64,000 nt of DNA from Pseudomonadota bacterium (GTDB lineage: Bacteria; Pseudomonadota; Gammaproteobacteria; Pseudomonadales; Halieaceae). Position numbers and translations under genes: made by a program. Position 1 is the stretch's first letter, and every line of letters starts with the position of its first letter. The stretch covers positions 2,296 through 66,295 of the forward strand of contig PKCZ01000162.1 in NCBI GenBank assembly GCA_002862405.1, given 5' to 3'. Below are positions 62,657 through 64,000 of the stretch, piece by piece. Under the pieces are notes generated by a model. The model was not told the DNA's origin. It searched no databases and worked only from the letters and a program-made list of their open reading frames with translations.

Positions 62657-63547
62657 TCACGGTACCTCGCTGCCCAGCGCAGCTTCGTAAAGAAAGAACC
62701 AGTCCTGTCGGTCGAGCTGAACGGTTTCAGCTGCTGAGATTGCCGAGATTCGATCGAGGTTGTTGGTGCCTAGTACTGGTGTGATCCTCGCCGGATGAGC
62801 TAATAAAAATGCTGTTGCTACCGCGGCCCGATCAACGCCGGATCGTGTGGCAATGCTATCCAAGCGATGCGTCAACTCATTTGAGGCGGTCATCAGGTCG
62901 CCTCCGCCTAAGGGAGACCACGCCATGACGACGTGTCCGTGCTGCTGATGGAAAGCCAAGTCACCATTCGTGAATGGCGCTATTTGTTTAAGGCTCAATT
63001 CGATCTGATTGGTCACGAGCGGATGACGCATGGCCGACTGGAGTAAATTCCAGTCCCAGGGTCTGAAGTTAGACGCTCCCACCGCGCGGACCTTTCCCGC
63101 ATCGACTAGCGCATCCAGCGCCGCACCTGTCTCATGATGGTCCATGAGCGGATCTGGCCGATGGACAAGAAGCACATCAATCTCGTTAATACCCATTTCT
63201 GCTAGCGAGGCTTCAACACAGGCATTAATGTGCGCTGCCGTCGTGTTGTAGTGTTTAACACGCGTTCCGGAGTGACGGCCTGCATCGATGACAATGTCGC
63301 ACTTGGAAACAATTTCCATCCGCTGGCGCAGTGAAGGGTTCGCCATCATTGCCGCTCCCATCACAGCTTCGGCGGTGTAGCCACCGTAAATATCCGCCTG
63401 ATCGAATGTCGTGATGCCCTGATCGAGCGCTGCATTAATTTTGGCATCGACGTGCTTCACTGACGTATCGCTGTCGTCTGCGAGCCGCCACATGCCATAA
63501 ACAAGCCGGCTAAACGACAGCCCCTGCGCTAATTCGATGCGTTCCAT
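62657..63547 (-). CDS. aldo/keto reductase (YdhF-like)
   Basis: FDQADIYGG motif and an AKR-typical length. ATG 63547 is preceded by GAGGGAAG. Confidence 0.85.
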   Translation of the reverse strand: MERIELAQGLSFSRLVYGMWRLADDSDTSVKHVDAKINAALDQGITTFDQADIYGGYTAEAVMGAAMMANPSLRQRMEIVSKCDIVIDAGRHSGTRVKHYNTTAAHINACVEASLAEMGINEIDVLLVHRPDPLMDHHETGAALDALVDAGKVRAVGASNFRPWDWNLLQSAMRHPLVTNQIELSLKQIAPFTNGDLAFHQQHGHVVMAWSPLGGGDLMTASNELTHRLDSIATRSGVDRAAVATAFLLAHPARITPVLGTNNLDRISAISAAETVQLDRQDWFFLYEAALGSEVP

Positions 63548-63677
63548 TGGTCTTCCCTCATCTCGAGGCTTTATTGTACGGGTCAAAACTCATGCCAGCG
63601 AACTACATAATTCAACGCCGCTCTTGACAGTCACGGGCGTTCTTGGCGATAACAGTAGTGATTTCAGAGGATCGCCC

Positions 63678-64000
63678 ATGATTGAGTTTTTAAATCCAGA
63701 CGCTGACGTTGGCATTGAAAATATGCCGTACGATTTATCCGTAAAGGTCGACGGTGGGAGCGCCACAACCATTGGTTTGCTGGCCAACGGATTTCCCGAC
63801 TCCGTGCCCTTCCTTGATGAGGTTGGGAAAGCGATTGGTCGGCTTCGACCGGGGATCAACCTCAAGGCCTATAACAAAGGAAATGCCACCATCGCTGCGC
63901 CCGAGAAACTACTCGGCGAGATTGGTGGTGATTGCGTGGGTGTCATCGCCGCCTACGGGCACTGAGGCTCCTGCACTACCGGCACCGTGCGTGACGGCAT
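63678..64000 (+). CDS. UGSC-family (seleno)protein, 3'-truncated by the window, with in-frame TGA (Sec) at 63963-63965
   Basis: ATG 63678 is preceded by AGGA. The frame reads ...VIAAYGH-TGA-GSCTTGTVRDG and stays open to the window end. U-G-S-C is the motif that names the family. Confidence 0.6.

Overview
This is a 64-kb chromosomal stretch with about 52% GC by eye. Its gene content suggests a marine, polysaccharide-degrading gammaproteobacterium, which is an inference. I saw no rRNA, tRNA, CRISPR array, integrase or transposase, so almost everything is metabolic, transport or regulatory CDS.

Layout:
- **0-8 kb, metal-homeostasis island (minus strand).** A TonB-dependent receptor and a 2OG/Fe(II) oxygenase are followed by a roughly 900-bp poorly coding spacer carrying a Fur-family box. 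Next is a translationally coupled zur / MerC-like / COG0523 GTPase / DUF1826 operon, then a thrombospondin-repeat lipoprotein preceded by a second copy of the same box.
- **8-27 kb, housekeeping and catabolic genes.** These are a thiolase, an aminotransferase, a GH2-lacZ-GPH symporter operon, S9 and M20 peptidases, malonyl-CoA decarboxylase, a Nudix hydrolase, an alpha/beta hydrolase, a DMT transporter and a Tag-like protein.
- **27-32 kb.** A 7-TM protein, a lipoprotein copper amine oxidase and a MOSC protein, then a Tat-dependent PhoX-like phosphatase and an amidohydrolase remnant.
- **32.6-46.5 kb, oxygenase-rich aromatic/lipid catabolism.** This holds a TetR regulator, an NADP oxidoreductase, a Rieske oxygenase, a PhyH dioxygenase and an MpaB-like protein. 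It also holds a coupled operon of extradiol dioxygenase, FAH, FAD monooxygenase and a membrane-anchored GST.
- **46.5-62.6 kb, sulfatase-rich TonB-dependent polysaccharide-utilisation-like locus.** It contains four formylglycine-type sulfatases, a LacI regulator with a perfect palindromic operator candidate, a Big_2/FN3/DUF1566 lipoprotein, a TonB-dependent receptor and an uncharacterised beta-helix protein.
- **Right edge.** An ORF that the six-frame track stops at a TGA continues in frame as U-G-S-C. This most likely marks a UGSC-family selenoprotein.

All product calls come from motif recognition in the supplied translations. No database search was run.
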